IMG/VR virus record: IMGVR_UViG_3300030708_003550
Coordinates: 1 to 27,537 of that record
Direction: 5' to 3' (one strand)
From: a virus
Lineage: Duplodnaviria > Caudoviricetes
DNA: 27,537 nucleotides
The notes under the pieces were generated by a model that did not search any database, was not told the origin of the DNA, and saw nothing but the letters and a program-made list of their open reading frames with translations. Positions 8,901-18,231 of this stretch are shown here, piece after piece. The position numbers and the translations under genes were made by a program. Positions within the stretch are counted from its first letter, which is position 1. Every line of letters starts with the position of its first letter.

Positions 8901-9572
8901 TTAAGCTTTTAGTGTAATATCATTATTATCATCGTATTCATAGAAAAAACTTATACCTTGATTTGAATCACTTGGTTGTAAATCACCATTTCCATCATTT
9001 TCGAATACATTTATCAAGTCTGCTCCTGCTATCGTTGCAGTTACATTATTACCATTTGTTGTAGCAGAAACACCAGTACCTACAAAATCAATACTCGATA
9101 CAGCAGTGGTCAAGTTAGTTCCTTCATCCTTTATTGTTATTGGAGAGGTAACTCCACTCAATCCACTACCATCACCTACGAATGAACCACTAAAAGTCGA
9201 ACCACTTATTGCTGTAGAATTTGACATATCTACAACACCATTCGATATTGAAAGTGAACCAGTAATTTCTATATCATTAGTGGTATTGAACGATGAACCA
9301 GTTGCCACAAATATACCTGCTGTTTCTGCTCCAGCTGATGCACTTGGGAAGTAAAAGTTACTCCAATTTACAGTTGCACCAGCTTTACTGGCTTTGATTA
9401 ATCTATCTTCTGACTGAATGTAAACAATCTGTCCGTCCTCAACCCTTTGAACCGTAATACTACCTGTATCTGAACCACTAGCTATTGTTCTAAATGCACC
9501 AGCTACTAACTTTACATCAGTCAATTTGATGTTTCCTAATACTCCTAAATTTTCACCAAAACTTAATGCCAT
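8901..9572 (-). CDS. Fibre-associated structural protein
   Basis: 223 aa; contains SGSFVGDGSGLSG and ITIKDEGTNLTT..SSIDFVG fibre-like motifs; TAGGAG SD. Confidence 0.65.
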   Translation of the reverse strand: MALSFGENLGVLGNIKLTDVKLVAGAFRTIASGSDTGSITVQRVEDGQIVYIQSEDRLIKASKAGATVNWSNFYFPSASAGAETAGIFVATGSSFNTTNDIEITGSLSISNGVVDMSNSTAISGSTFSGSFVGDGSGLSGVTSPITIKDEGTNLTTAVSSIDFVGTGVSATTNGNNVTATIAGADLINVFENDGNGDLQPSDSNQGISFFYEYDDNNDITLKA

Positions 9573-9581
9573 TTATCTCTC

Positions 9582-12500
9582 CTATACCTCACTCGATGGT
9601 GCTGAACCACTTGATGATAATAAGTGATAGAATTGTGTTGGGTTTGTACTTGCATCTAAAGAAAATATCATCCCCCATCTATCATTACCAAATACCTTGA
9701 CTCCACCATCGGTTCCAAAGTAATGTAAACCAGCAGTTATGGCTTGGTCACTCGATGAGTTATCATTGAATACTGTAAATTCTCTTGCAGTACTACCCCC
9801 TAACCCAGCTCTTAAACTATTTGGTTTCTGAAAAACCTGTGATGAAGATGGATACAATACCATAAATTGATGTCCATTGTCACTATTACCACTCAAATTA
9901 ACATTTCCAAATTGTCTAAATGTTGATGTTCCACCATCATTTGCTAGATGATTTACACTTTGTGATGCTATTAGTAACATTTGTTTTCCACCACTCTCGG
10001 TGATTGTTGAATCACCTATTTTTCCTGCCTTTAACTGACCCATGAATGAACCACTTGTAATTCCAACATCATCTCCACCAGCGTCACCAAGTTGTGTTAT
10101 TGCGGTTGATTCACTTCCATCTAACACCAACACATTTGTATTTTTGTACAAGTAAATCATAGGTTTCACAGTTATACTCAATGATTGTGTTGCTGCGTTG
10201 AATCCATGTTGGTCTCTTACATGAGCGTTAAATGAATAACTACTTGCTGATAAATCTGTATTTGTGGTGATGAGAACCGCATCCCCCACCCTTTCACTTG
10301 AAAATAAACTTCCATGTGTACCAGTAATAGAAAATGTATCATAATTTATTGAATCACTTTCTGTATCGGTAAAACTTGCACTCGTTACAAATGAACCACT
10401 AATTGCTTGTTCGGCAGATAAGGTCACACTACTTGGTGAAAAACTAATCGCAGGTGCGTTATTTGTCACGACATTTATTGTGATACTTCCACTACCCACA
10501 TTATCATATTGGTCTCTAAATGTGATGTTCGAACCTAATGTATCTCCACTTTTACTAACACTACCACTCAAATTAAACCCAAGAGTTAGAGCTCCAGTCG
10601 AACTCACATTGATATCTGAATTTGAAGATGTGAATGAAGCCACTGCTGCACTATTATAATTTGGTGAGTAATTCACCCCTAAATCACCTTGTGTTCCACT
10701 TCTACCATTTGAGTTCGTATAGATTGTTGCCCCATTTGTAGCACTTTCAATTACATAAAATGTTCCGTTTGTGGTTAAAGTTCCAATCGGAGCTTGTGCT
10801 ATGGTGATTGTATGTTCGGTTGTACCAGTTCTAAATCCGTGTTCGTCCTTTATGGAAGCGGTCATTTGATACACTTGTGAACCACTTAGGTTTGTCGTGG
10901 CTCGAACTTGATAAGTATCACCAACCTTATTGGTGTTTAACTGACCACTTGGGTCTGTGAATGTAAATTCATCATGAGTTAATGAATCACCTTCTGAATC
11001 AGTAAATGATATCGTTGTCAAAGTATTACTTGGTCTTGCACCATTTGTATTTAAGTTGGCTGATGTATTACTAAACGAAGGTGTTGGTGCATTATTGATA
11101 CTCATACTAACATTTATATTTGTGGTATTTGTTGTTCCAAAATTATTTGTAATGGTAACGCTACCCGATAGTACATTTCCGCTATCGAAATTATAGTTTG
11201 AACCACTTACATCGAATCCAACTGAAAGATTACCTGTCGAACTTATACCCAAAGAACCTGTATCTTTGGTATTTGAAGGTAATGAACCACTCGGTGTTAT
11301 ACTGAATAATACGGTTTCATTAGAATTTATATCTGCAATAGTTCCAGTCCTACCATTACTACCGACTCTTATACTTGAGCCACTTAATGCACTTTCTATG
11401 ATGTGAAAACTATTTCCACTTACATTGGTGGTTATACTTGGTTGTGCGTCATCTTGGATATTAATTGTGATGACACCACTTGAACTTGCAGCGTTGAAAT
11501 TATCTTGATATGTAGCGTTATATTTATATTGATTGAAAATATCACTATTTAAAAATTGTGTGGATTTTAATTGTATTACTCCAGCACTTGTTACTTGAAA
11601 TGGATTGTTACTTGGGTCACTTTGACCTGTATTTCCACCACCACTTCCACTCGTTAGTGAAAGATTTAGAAATGTTACGGTATCACCCTCATTATCATTT
11701 GTGGTTATTGTTCCAACTTCTGTCACACTATTACTGACTCCACCCAATCCAATATCAGGAAAACTACCTTCACTCTCATTGACCGAAAATACTTGACTTG
11801 CCATTGTGGGTGCTAGGTTATCGGTTACATTGACCAATATCGGCATCGTGGTTATGAATCCACTTGAACTCGGTGTCGAACCAAAATGTTGGTCTGATGC
11901 ACTGATTGCTAAATTGTAAGATGTTATTGATTCGAAATCAAAACTACCTGTGTTTGTTTTTATCAACAATTGTTTACCACCAACAACATTTGAAAAACTT
12001 GAACTAAAATGATTATTTGCACTTTGACTCAATGGTGATAGAGAAATGGTATCGGCTTCATCGTCTGTGACAAACATAGTTAAAACTGTTGTACCATTTG
12101 TGGTATTTTCATTTACACTACCAGTATTAGAAGTGATTACAGAACCACCAATACCTGAGGTTCTAAATTTCGGTGCTGTATTTGGTATCACTCTTATGTG
12201 AATGGTAGCGTTTGAAGTCGTTATTGTATCACTAACCTGAATCAAAAACGGATGAGATGATAGTGAATCTTGTGGTCTCGCTTCTGTATTCATACTAGCG
12301 GTTGACATTGTATTTAATGTTATCTCACCACTACCACTATGTATTTTGAAAAAATCATCGGTGTATGAACTTTGGGTGTCAAATGAAATTTCACTTGATA
12401 ATGCCTCGGCATCGGTGGCTGTTATAGTACCGATGACCGAACCACTTACCTCAAATTCATTTACATCAAATGCACTAGCTGAAACACTCGGTGCTGTATT

Positions 12501-14000
12501 TGGATAAAATACTGCGTCTAAAAAGTCGGAAATCGTACCATCGGTACCAGGATTAAAACTGGCAGAAAACAGAGTTGGAAAACCTGTCTGTAAAATTCTC
12601 CTATTTCCATTGTAAGAGGTATCCGTACTTCCTCCACCACCAGCTGCTAATGAAGCTGATGTGAATACACCACCACCAACATTAATCACTCCGAATGAAC
12701 CAGTTCCACTTCCACTAATATCTCCACTTGAAGTTACAGCTGAGAATACATGAGTTGAACCACTTATGATTCCACTTGGTAATTGTGATGAACCACTAAT
12801 AATACCACTCGGTAATTGTGATGAACCACTAATAATACCACTTGGTAGTTGTTCTGAACCACTAATGATTCCACTTGGTACACCTGTCAAATCTGTGTAT
12901 GCAGAAACACCACTACCGCCACTTGCCAATGATGCCGATGTAAATACACCACCACCGACATTTATAACACCAAATGAACCAGTCCCACTTCCACTAATAT
13001 CTCCACTTGAGGTTACTGCTGTAAATATTTGTGTTGAACCACTAATGATACCACTTGGTAACTGACTCGAACCACTTATAATGCCCGTTGGTAATTGAGC
13101 CGAACCACTTATTGTCCCATCAGGTAAAACGGTTGTGGTATCGATGGAAATTACCCAATATCCATCATAATACACATAAAGATTACCATCATCGGATTTC
13201 CACCATAAATCACCTTGTACTGGATTACTTGGTGCATTATCAGAGATAGAAATTATTTGAGATGAACCACTCACCACACCACTTGGTAATAAAGATGTTA
13301 TTTGTGCAGAACCACTAACTATTCCACTTGGTAATTGTTCTGAACCACTTATAATTCCACTTGGTAGCTGTGAAGAACCACTTATAATATTGGTATCGAC
13401 TAAACTACCACTAATGAGTATTGAACCAGTAAACTGATGAGTATCTGTAATATCATCCCCAAATATTGTAGAACCACTTGAAAAACTTCTTGTCATGTGA
13501 GTCACACTTGAACTAATTGCATAAACTTCAGCAGTTAGTTTTCCTTGTATTACTACATCACCAGTAGTGGTCAATCCTGCAAATGTCGGAGAGTCACCGA
13601 CTTGTAATCCACTATCTACATTTGTTGCTACACCATTATTGGTAAGTGTTATGGTTCCTTGTTCTCCACTTGAAAGAACTGAAGCACTTACAATTCCACT
13701 CGGTAATTGAGAACTACCGCTGACTATCCCACTTGGTAATTGTTCTGAACCACTTATTATTCCACTTGGTAATTGTTCCGAACCACTTATGATTCCAGCG
13801 TTTAAATTTTCTATAGAGGATGTGGTAACGGAAGTAATACCAGTTAATTGAGAACCATCACCACTAAAGTTTGTCGCAATAACCGTGCCGAATGAACCCG
13901 TACCAGTAGTTGAAATTGAACCAGTAACACCAGCACTACCTGAGACTTGTAAGGAACCCGATAGGATATTGTCTAATTGTTTTAAACCTATCTTAGCCAT
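9582..14000 (-). CDS. Large fibre or adhesin protein with 11-aa repeats and cadherin/Ig-like domains
   Basis: 1472 aa; N-terminal SGSxQLPSGII repeats; several N-x-A-P...V-N-E...D-x-E-x-D cadherin-like units; APSNP..GDLWW fibre motif. Confidence 0.8.
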   Translation of the reverse strand: MAKIGLKQLDNILSGSLQVSGSAGVTGSISTTGTGSFGTVIATNFSGDGSQLTGITSVTTSSIENLNAGIISGSEQLPSGIISGSEQLPSGIVSGSSQLPSGIVSASVLSSGEQGTITLTNNGVATNVDSGLQVGDSPTFAGLTTTGDVVIQGKLTAEVYAISSSVTHMTRSFSSGSTIFGDDITDTHQFTGSILISGSLVDTNIISGSSQLPSGIISGSEQLPSGIVSGSAQITSLLPSGVVSGSSQIISISDNAPSNPVQGDLWWKSDDGNLYVYYDGYWVISIDTTTVLPDGTISGSAQLPTGIISGSSQLPSGIISGSTQIFTAVTSSGDISGSGTGSFGVINVGGGVFTSASLASGGSGVSAYTDLTGVPSGIISGSEQLPSGIISGSSQLPSGIISGSSQLPSGIISGSTHVFSAVTSSGDISGSGTGSFGVINVGGGVFTSASLAAGGGGSTDTSYNGNRRILQTGFPTLFSASFNPGTDGTISDFLDAVFYPNTAPSVSASAFDVNEFEVSGSVIGTITATDAEALSSEISFDTQSSYTDDFFKIHSGSGEITLNTMSTASMNTEARPQDSLSSHPFLIQVSDTITTSNATIHIRVIPNTAPKFRTSGIGGSVITSNTGSVNENTTNGTTVLTMFVTDDEADTISLSPLSQSANNHFSSSFSNVVGGKQLLIKTNTGSFDFESITSYNLAISASDQHFGSTPSSSGFITTMPILVNVTDNLAPTMASQVFSVNESEGSFPDIGLGGVSNSVTEVGTITTNDNEGDTVTFLNLSLTSGSGGGNTGQSDPSNNPFQVTSAGVIQLKSTQFLNSDIFNQYKYNATYQDNFNAASSSGVITINIQDDAQPSITTNVSGNSFHIIESALSGSSIRVGSNGRTGTIADINSNETVLFSITPSGSLPSNTKDTGSLGISSTGNLSVGFDVSGSNYNFDSGNVLSGSVTITNNFGTTNTTNINVSMSINNAPTPSFSNTSANLNTNGARPSNTLTTISFTDSEGDSLTHDEFTFTDPSGQLNTNKVGDTYQVRATTNLSGSQVYQMTASIKDEHGFRTGTTEHTITIAQAPIGTLTTNGTFYVIESATNGATIYTNSNGRSGTQGDLGVNYSPNYNSAAVASFTSSNSDINVSSTGALTLGFNLSGSVSKSGDTLGSNITFRDQYDNVGSGSITINVVTNNAPAISFSPSSVTLSAEQAISGSFVTSASFTDTESDSINYDTFSITGTHGSLFSSERVGDAVLITTNTDLSASSYSFNAHVRDQHGFNAATQSLSITVKPMIYLYKNTNVLVLDGSESTAITQLGDAGGDDVGITSGSFMGQLKAGKIGDSTITESGGKQMLLIASQSVNHLANDGGTSTFRQFGNVNLSGNSDNGHQFMVLYPSSSQVFQKPNSLRAGLGGSTAREFTVFNDNSSSDQAITAGLHYFGTDGGVKVFGNDRWGMIFSLDASTNPTQFYHLLSSSGSAPSSEV
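12646..13796 (-). repeat. Intragenic 33-bp (11-aa) repeats in four clusters, plus a duplicated block
   Basis: Plus-strand unit similar to GAACCACTAATAATACCACTTGGTAATTGTGAT. The block AVTSSGDISGSGTGSFGVINVGGGVFTSASLA occurs at about 12646-12742 and about 12925-13021 (offset 279 nt). Confidence 0.85.
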
Positions 14001-14260
14001 TTACTATCTCTGTTGTCTTTTCTCTCTTCCCACCACATGGATATAGACTTGGAAATTCTTTTTTTATGTTGGGTAGTTTTGGGTTGTTTCATTTTTTCGA
14101 TTGTTTCCAATGTAAATTTCCTATCAGATTGTGCACAAGACTTACAAACAGAATTGTTTCCAACAGCTCTATCAAAACTATCCTTTCTTGTGTAGGTTAA
14201 CATCTTACCACAATCGGGACAAGGCCTATTTTTTCTGTTTTTCCAATGTCTTTTTCTCAT
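13988..14260 (-). CDS. Small basic Zn-finger protein with a NUMOD3-like segment (putative DNA binding)
   Basis: CPDC...CKSC followed by FTLETIEKMK and KTTQHKKRIS; no nuclease motif visible. Confidence 0.6.
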   Translation of the reverse strand: MRKRHWKNRKNRPCPDCGKMLTYTRKDSFDRAVGNNSVCKSCAQSDRKFTLETIEKMKQPKTTQHKKRISKSISMWWEERKDNRDSKWLR

Positions 14261-14264
14261 GTTA

Positions 14265-14272
14265 ATAAATAT
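14265..14272 (-). promoter_or_regulatory. Putative late promoter ATATTTAT, 4 nt before an ATG
   Basis: Reads ATATTTAT-TAAC-ATG; preceded by an inverted repeat at 14271-14292. Confidence 0.55.
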
Positions 14273-14306
14273 TGGTTTATGGTAAAACCAATGTGGAAGT
14301 GGGGAT

Positions 14307-14933
14307 TTATTTTAGATTTCTGAAAAGTAATTCACCCAACTCTTCACCAAATTTAGAATCACTTGGATAATGGGCTCTTGCCATCAATCTTGAATTACTT
14401 ATCATCTTACCAATCTCCATGAGTTGTTTTTCATGTTCAGGATACATCTTGGATAATACCCTACCGATAAAAATACCTTGTGTTGAATGACCACTTGGAT
14501 AGGATGGGGTGTGCATACTTTCAAGTGTGGTAGTTGGAAAATCCATTTCAAGAAAATCTGCAACTTGCTTGGGTCGAGGTCTGTTATACTTGTACTTGAG
14601 TTGGTATATTATCTTACCACTTTCTTTTATAAGTTCTTTAATGTAATTCTTTGGATAATCTAAAAAGTTTTCCTCACAATACTCCCTAAATGCTGTCTTG
14701 ACATTATCACCTTTTTTTACCATATCCTCGTCAACCTGACCTTCATTATAATGTTTTAACCATTCCAATTCTTTTCTTGTTTCTCTACTTGAGTTCAAAG
14801 GTGGTGGATTATGCCTAACTTGAACCTCGTGTGTGAGTTTGAGTTCCTTTTCCATCCTCTTCTTGTGTTTAGGTTTTATTTCACCACTATATTTCATTTC
14901 ATCTAATGTGATTAAATCTTTAAGTTTAAGCAT
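14307..14933 (-). CDS. PAP2-superfamily phosphatase / vanadium haloperoxidase-fold protein
   Basis: All three PAP2 motifs are present: KYKYNRPRP (KxxxxxxRP), YPSGH and SRLMARAHYPSD (SRxxxxxHxxxD). Soluble type, with no clear transmembrane helices. Confidence 0.88.
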   Translation of the reverse strand: MLKLKDLITLDEMKYSGEIKPKHKKRMEKELKLTHEVQVRHNPPPLNSSRETRKELEWLKHYNEGQVDEDMVKKGDNVKTAFREYCEENFLDYPKNYIKELIKESGKIIYQLKYKYNRPRPKQVADFLEMDFPTTTLESMHTPSYPSGHSTQGIFIGRVLSKMYPEHEKQLMEIGKMISNSRLMARAHYPSDSKFGEELGELLFRNLK

Positions 14934-16452
14934 TGAATTTTCCTTGTGCTATTATTTCGTCATCACTTTCTAAAAAGTAACCAATACCATCGGTATCTAC
15001 TTTTAATAAAAATGTTGCTCCAGTCTGTTCTATTTGTAATGCGTCATGTTCCATATATTGACCATTAATAAAAAATATAAAATCATTTTCTGTTGTCGCT
15101 GTTAATCCACTCGGTGCTGAAGCAGTTACTGCAGTAAAACTTGCCGTTGAATTCGCAGTAATACTTGAAGCCTTTTTTACAAATGATTTTCTAATATACT
15201 CATCAAAAGATGTTACACTTGTTCCTACGGCTTCTCCGTTTATTGTAAGAGAACCATTGACACTTACCGAACCAGTAAACTGATGTGTATCACTCAAATC
15301 ATCACCGAAAATTGTGGAACCACTTGAAAAACTTTGTGTTTGAAATGTTACTGAGGAACTTACTATATAATTTTTTGCTATGACATTTCCTAACGCGATT
15401 ATGTCACCTTGAGAAGTTATATTACCAGTTGTGGTTATTCCAGCAAAGGTTGGACTTGAAGTTTCGTCTATTGATATTGTTTGTTCTAAAGGATTTGCAC
15501 CATCGAAACCTACACCAGTATTTGTTATTGTAATACCTGTTCCTTGTGATATGGTATGCTGATTTTCTATCCTTGCACCTCCCCCACCACCTTGTGTTTG
15601 TGTGGTTAAGGTGACATTTGTACCATCATCGGGTGTTTGAACAATACTTGCAACACTTAAATCTGTTTCAGCACCAATCACAAGTTTCTTTGGTGTGAGG
15701 TACTTTTGCATCGTGTGAGGTCCTTGAAGTTCGTTAAATGCATCAGGTATCAAGTATCCTTTTAAACTAACACTAAATTCTGTCTTTACAATTCTATCTC
15801 TATCTGCTAATTCAGTACTATCGGTGTAACTTTCAATGTTGGTCTTGAACCTCATTTTACCAGGTTCACCCCAATAACTGCCAGCCGACCAATTTATTCT
15901 TTCAACCAATCTATTCATCTGTTCTATGTAGTGGGTAAAGATGATGAAATCATAATTCAATACCATATAATCAGGTACTGCAACATTGTAGTATTCTCTT
16001 TGTGGAATCACCCCTTGTTGTATTGAAAAGTTATCATACCGATTGTTATCGGTATACTTTCTTTCGAATGTATAAAATAGTTTTGGGTCTAATGGGTCTA
16101 TCTTATCGACAGGTATGGTATCATCTTTTTCCATACCAGTTCTTCTAAATGCTATGACGGGTAAGATAATCTGTCTTTTAGAATCTCTCATAAAACCAGT
16201 TTTGTTGATAGAATGCCATCTTTCAGGTGATGCGTACATCGTAGGTACTTTTATTTGTTCACCATTCTCTGTAACTGTTGGTTTAATGACATTATCAAAA
16301 TAGTACATAATTGCACTATCCATGTCCATCAAACTTACAGATATATCTTTTGGTTGACCATCTGTAACTTTATATTGTCTTGCACGATTTAACTTACCAC
16401 GAGTGCTTCTTGGTTCAGGTTTTTTTCTTTGGGTTTTAATGTCTATCGGCAT
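14926..16452 (-). CDS. gp15: Tail terminator / sheath stabiliser (T4 gp15-like) fused to a fibre-like C-terminal extension
   Basis: N-terminal half KVPTMYASPERW...LPVIAF...VPDYMVLNYDFII..HYIEQMNRLVE...F...LKGYL is gp15-like; follows the gp13- and gp14-like genes. Confidence 0.7.
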   Translation of the reverse strand: MPIDIKTQRKKPEPRSTRGKLNRARQYKVTDGQPKDISVSLMDMDSAIMYYFDNVIKPTVTENGEQIKVPTMYASPERWHSINKTGFMRDSKRQIILPVIAFRRTGMEKDDTIPVDKIDPLDPKLFYTFERKYTDNNRYDNFSIQQGVIPQREYYNVAVPDYMVLNYDFIIFTHYIEQMNRLVERINWSAGSYWGEPGKMRFKTNIESYTDSTELADRDRIVKTEFSVSLKGYLIPDAFNELQGPHTMQKYLTPKKLVIGAETDLSVASIVQTPDDGTNVTLTTQTQGGGGGARIENQHTISQGTGITITNTGVGFDGANPLEQTISIDETSSPTFAGITTTGNITSQGDIIALGNVIAKNYIVSSSVTFQTQSFSSGSTIFGDDLSDTHQFTGSVSVNGSLTINGEAVGTSVTSFDEYIRKSFVKKASSITANSTASFTAVTASAPSGLTATTENDFIFFINGQYMEHDALQIEQTGATFLLKVDTDGIGYFLESDDEIIAQGKFNA

Positions 16453-16937
16453 TAAATACTCCTAATTCTTGACATATTTGTAAATGATTGACGAGATAGA
16501 TGTGTATTCAATGTAACACTCCAGTTATTTTCCTGCATACCACCAATTAACTGATTTTCTAATATTCCATTGACCTCAAAGAACCCATAATTCCACTCTA
16601 CTATATCACCAATCTCAGGTATCAAACTCAACTCTAATAATGTTTCTCTAAGTATGTGGAATTGGGCATCTTGTTGTGCATCTGGCCCAAATTCATCTGT
16701 ATTGTAATCAAAATCTTGAGCCTCAACAATACAAGCTAACTGTACACCTTGTTTAAAGTTTTTTCCACCGACTGCCTCTCCATACATATTTGTAGAGGTA
16801 TCGTATGTGGAAATTTTATAAATGACTATCTTTTGATTTATAATTCCGTCATTTGAACTCTTTAAATCACCAATTAATTCTTTATTGATTCTTTCTAAGA
16901 AATTTCTATCTCTTTGTGGTAAAAATCTACCTGCCAT
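16452..16937 (-). CDS. gp14: Neck / head-closure protein (T4 gp14-like)
   Basis: NMYGE and PEIGDIV...FFEV motifs; lies between the gp13- and gp15-like genes. Confidence 0.65.
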   Translation of the reverse strand: MAGRFLPQRDRNFLERINKELIGDLKSSNDGIINQKIVIYKISTYDTSTNMYGEAVGGKNFKQGVQLACIVEAQDFDYNTDEFGPDAQQDAQFHILRETLLELSLIPEIGDIVEWNYGFFEVNGILENQLIGGMQENNWSVTLNTHLSRQSFTNMSRIRSI

Positions 16938-16941
16938 TTTA

Positions 16942-18096
16942 TTATCCTACGAAAATTGGTAGTGGAACTTTTTGTAATTTTTCTTGAAGTCTTGTTGCTT
17001 CCTCACTATCGTTTTCCATCATCTGTTTACGACTTGCTGCTTCCAAATCCTCTCTTAATTGTGATATTAGTGCTTCTTTTTCCGCACTCGCTTCACTTCT
17101 TAGGGTATCACCATCAAGATTTGTCTCGGCATTAGGTATTGGGATACTTCCATACTTACTTCGAATAATTCCCAATAATTCTTTCGATAAAGCTAAACCA
17201 TACTTACGAATCCAAGTCCTACCAACATCATTTATGTTCCCATAGGTCATATTTTGATAAGGTATATTTGAACTATCAGATACCGTTCCAATTCCTAAAC
17301 CATTTGGGTCTTGAAATGGTGAATCTTTATCTTCTTTTAGATAATATTGAAAGTGTAACTTATAATTTTCGGTTGGATTTGGAAAAATTCGTACTTTGTT
17401 GTTTACTAATTCAAAACTATGTCCTGATTTTCTAACTTGGTCGTTAAATTCTATCGCTTGAACCCTCAAAAGGTCTGCGTAAACTGGCATCATCATGAAT
17501 TGTACCGCTGGAGTCATGTTACCCCAACCAAAACTATCCAACATATTGTAACTACCTGCTCCAGTTCCAGCATATGGGTCAAAATACCTCACAACTGCTG
17601 GGGAAGCTTCATAATACACCCTACGGATTTCCAATCTTTTGTTACTTTCACTTACAGAACCCCATAATGATTGTAAATCATAGGTTTGAGAACCACTAAC
17701 TACATCTATTGAACCACTTTTCATATCAACACTACCACCAACTCCGACTTCCGTTCCGTATTGTTCGGAAAGAGCTATCATCCCACCAAAACTTGGTGAA
17801 ACTCTCTTATGTGTGAGGTCATTCGAAGAACCGGTTGCCTGTCCTCTCAAATGTAATAGATTTTCTCTTATATTAAATTGATTTACTTGTGATGAGTATT
17901 CACTTATTGATTCTTCCAAACAAGCGTAAAATTGTGAATCTTGCATCTCAACAGCCATGATTGGATATCCCAACCTTTTAGCACACCATGAAGCGAATTT
18001 TGGTGCTTCTGTTTGAAATGTTGAATCTGTATCATAAAGTCCGAATGGAGTATTACCACTCACTGCGGAACCACTACCTGGCCAAATAGCTTCCAT
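16942..18096 (-). CDS. gp13: Neck / head-tail adaptor protein (T4 gp13-like)
   Basis: KRLGYPIMAVEM...Q and WIRKYGLAL.KE.LG.IRSKY..IP.P.....LDG..L..EA..E...L motifs; directly after the capsid gene. Confidence 0.8.
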   Translation of the reverse strand: MEAIWPGSGSAVSGNTPFGLYDTDSTFQTEAPKFASWCAKRLGYPIMAVEMQDSQFYACLEESISEYSSQVNQFNIRENLLHLRGQATGSSNDLTHKRVSPSFGGMIALSEQYGTEVGVGGSVDMKSGSIDVVSGSQTYDLQSLWGSVSESNKRLEIRRVYYEASPAVVRYFDPYAGTGAGSYNMLDSFGWGNMTPAVQFMMMPVYADLLRVQAIEFNDQVRKSGHSFELVNNKVRIFPNPTENYKLHFQYYLKEDKDSPFQDPNGLGIGTVSDSSNIPYQNMTYGNINDVGRTWIRKYGLALSKELLGIIRSKYGSIPIPNAETNLDGDTLRSEASAEKEALISQLREDLEAASRKQMMENDSEEATRLQEKLQKVPLPIFVG

Positions 18097-18129
18097 AAAA
18101 TTCTCCTAATTGGATGTATTACTTCTAAT

Positions 18130-18137
18130 ATAAATAT
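18130..18137 (-). promoter_or_regulatory. Putative late promoter (TG)ATATTTAT(A) for the neck genes
   Basis: Recurring motif between the capsid terminator and the TAGGAG SD. Confidence 0.6.
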
Positions 18138-18166
18138 CAGAAATGTAAGAAATCTCCAATAGGCAC

Positions 18167-18194
18167 AAAAAAGGGGGAGAAAAACTCCCCCCTT
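18167..18194 (-). terminator. Rho-independent terminator after the major capsid gene
   Basis: Minus strand reads AAGGGGGGAG-TTTTT-CTCCCCCTT-TTTT. Confidence 0.85.
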
Positions 18195-18231
18195 AATGTT
18201 AAGATTTGTAAAATTAAGTCCGTAAACTCAA

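Noticed and set aside
12646-13796. CRISPR array or DGR template/variable repeat pair
   Set aside because: The repeats are in-frame coding units with synonymous variation. There are no unique spacers, no adenine-specific mismatch pattern, and no cas or reverse transcriptase gene in the window.
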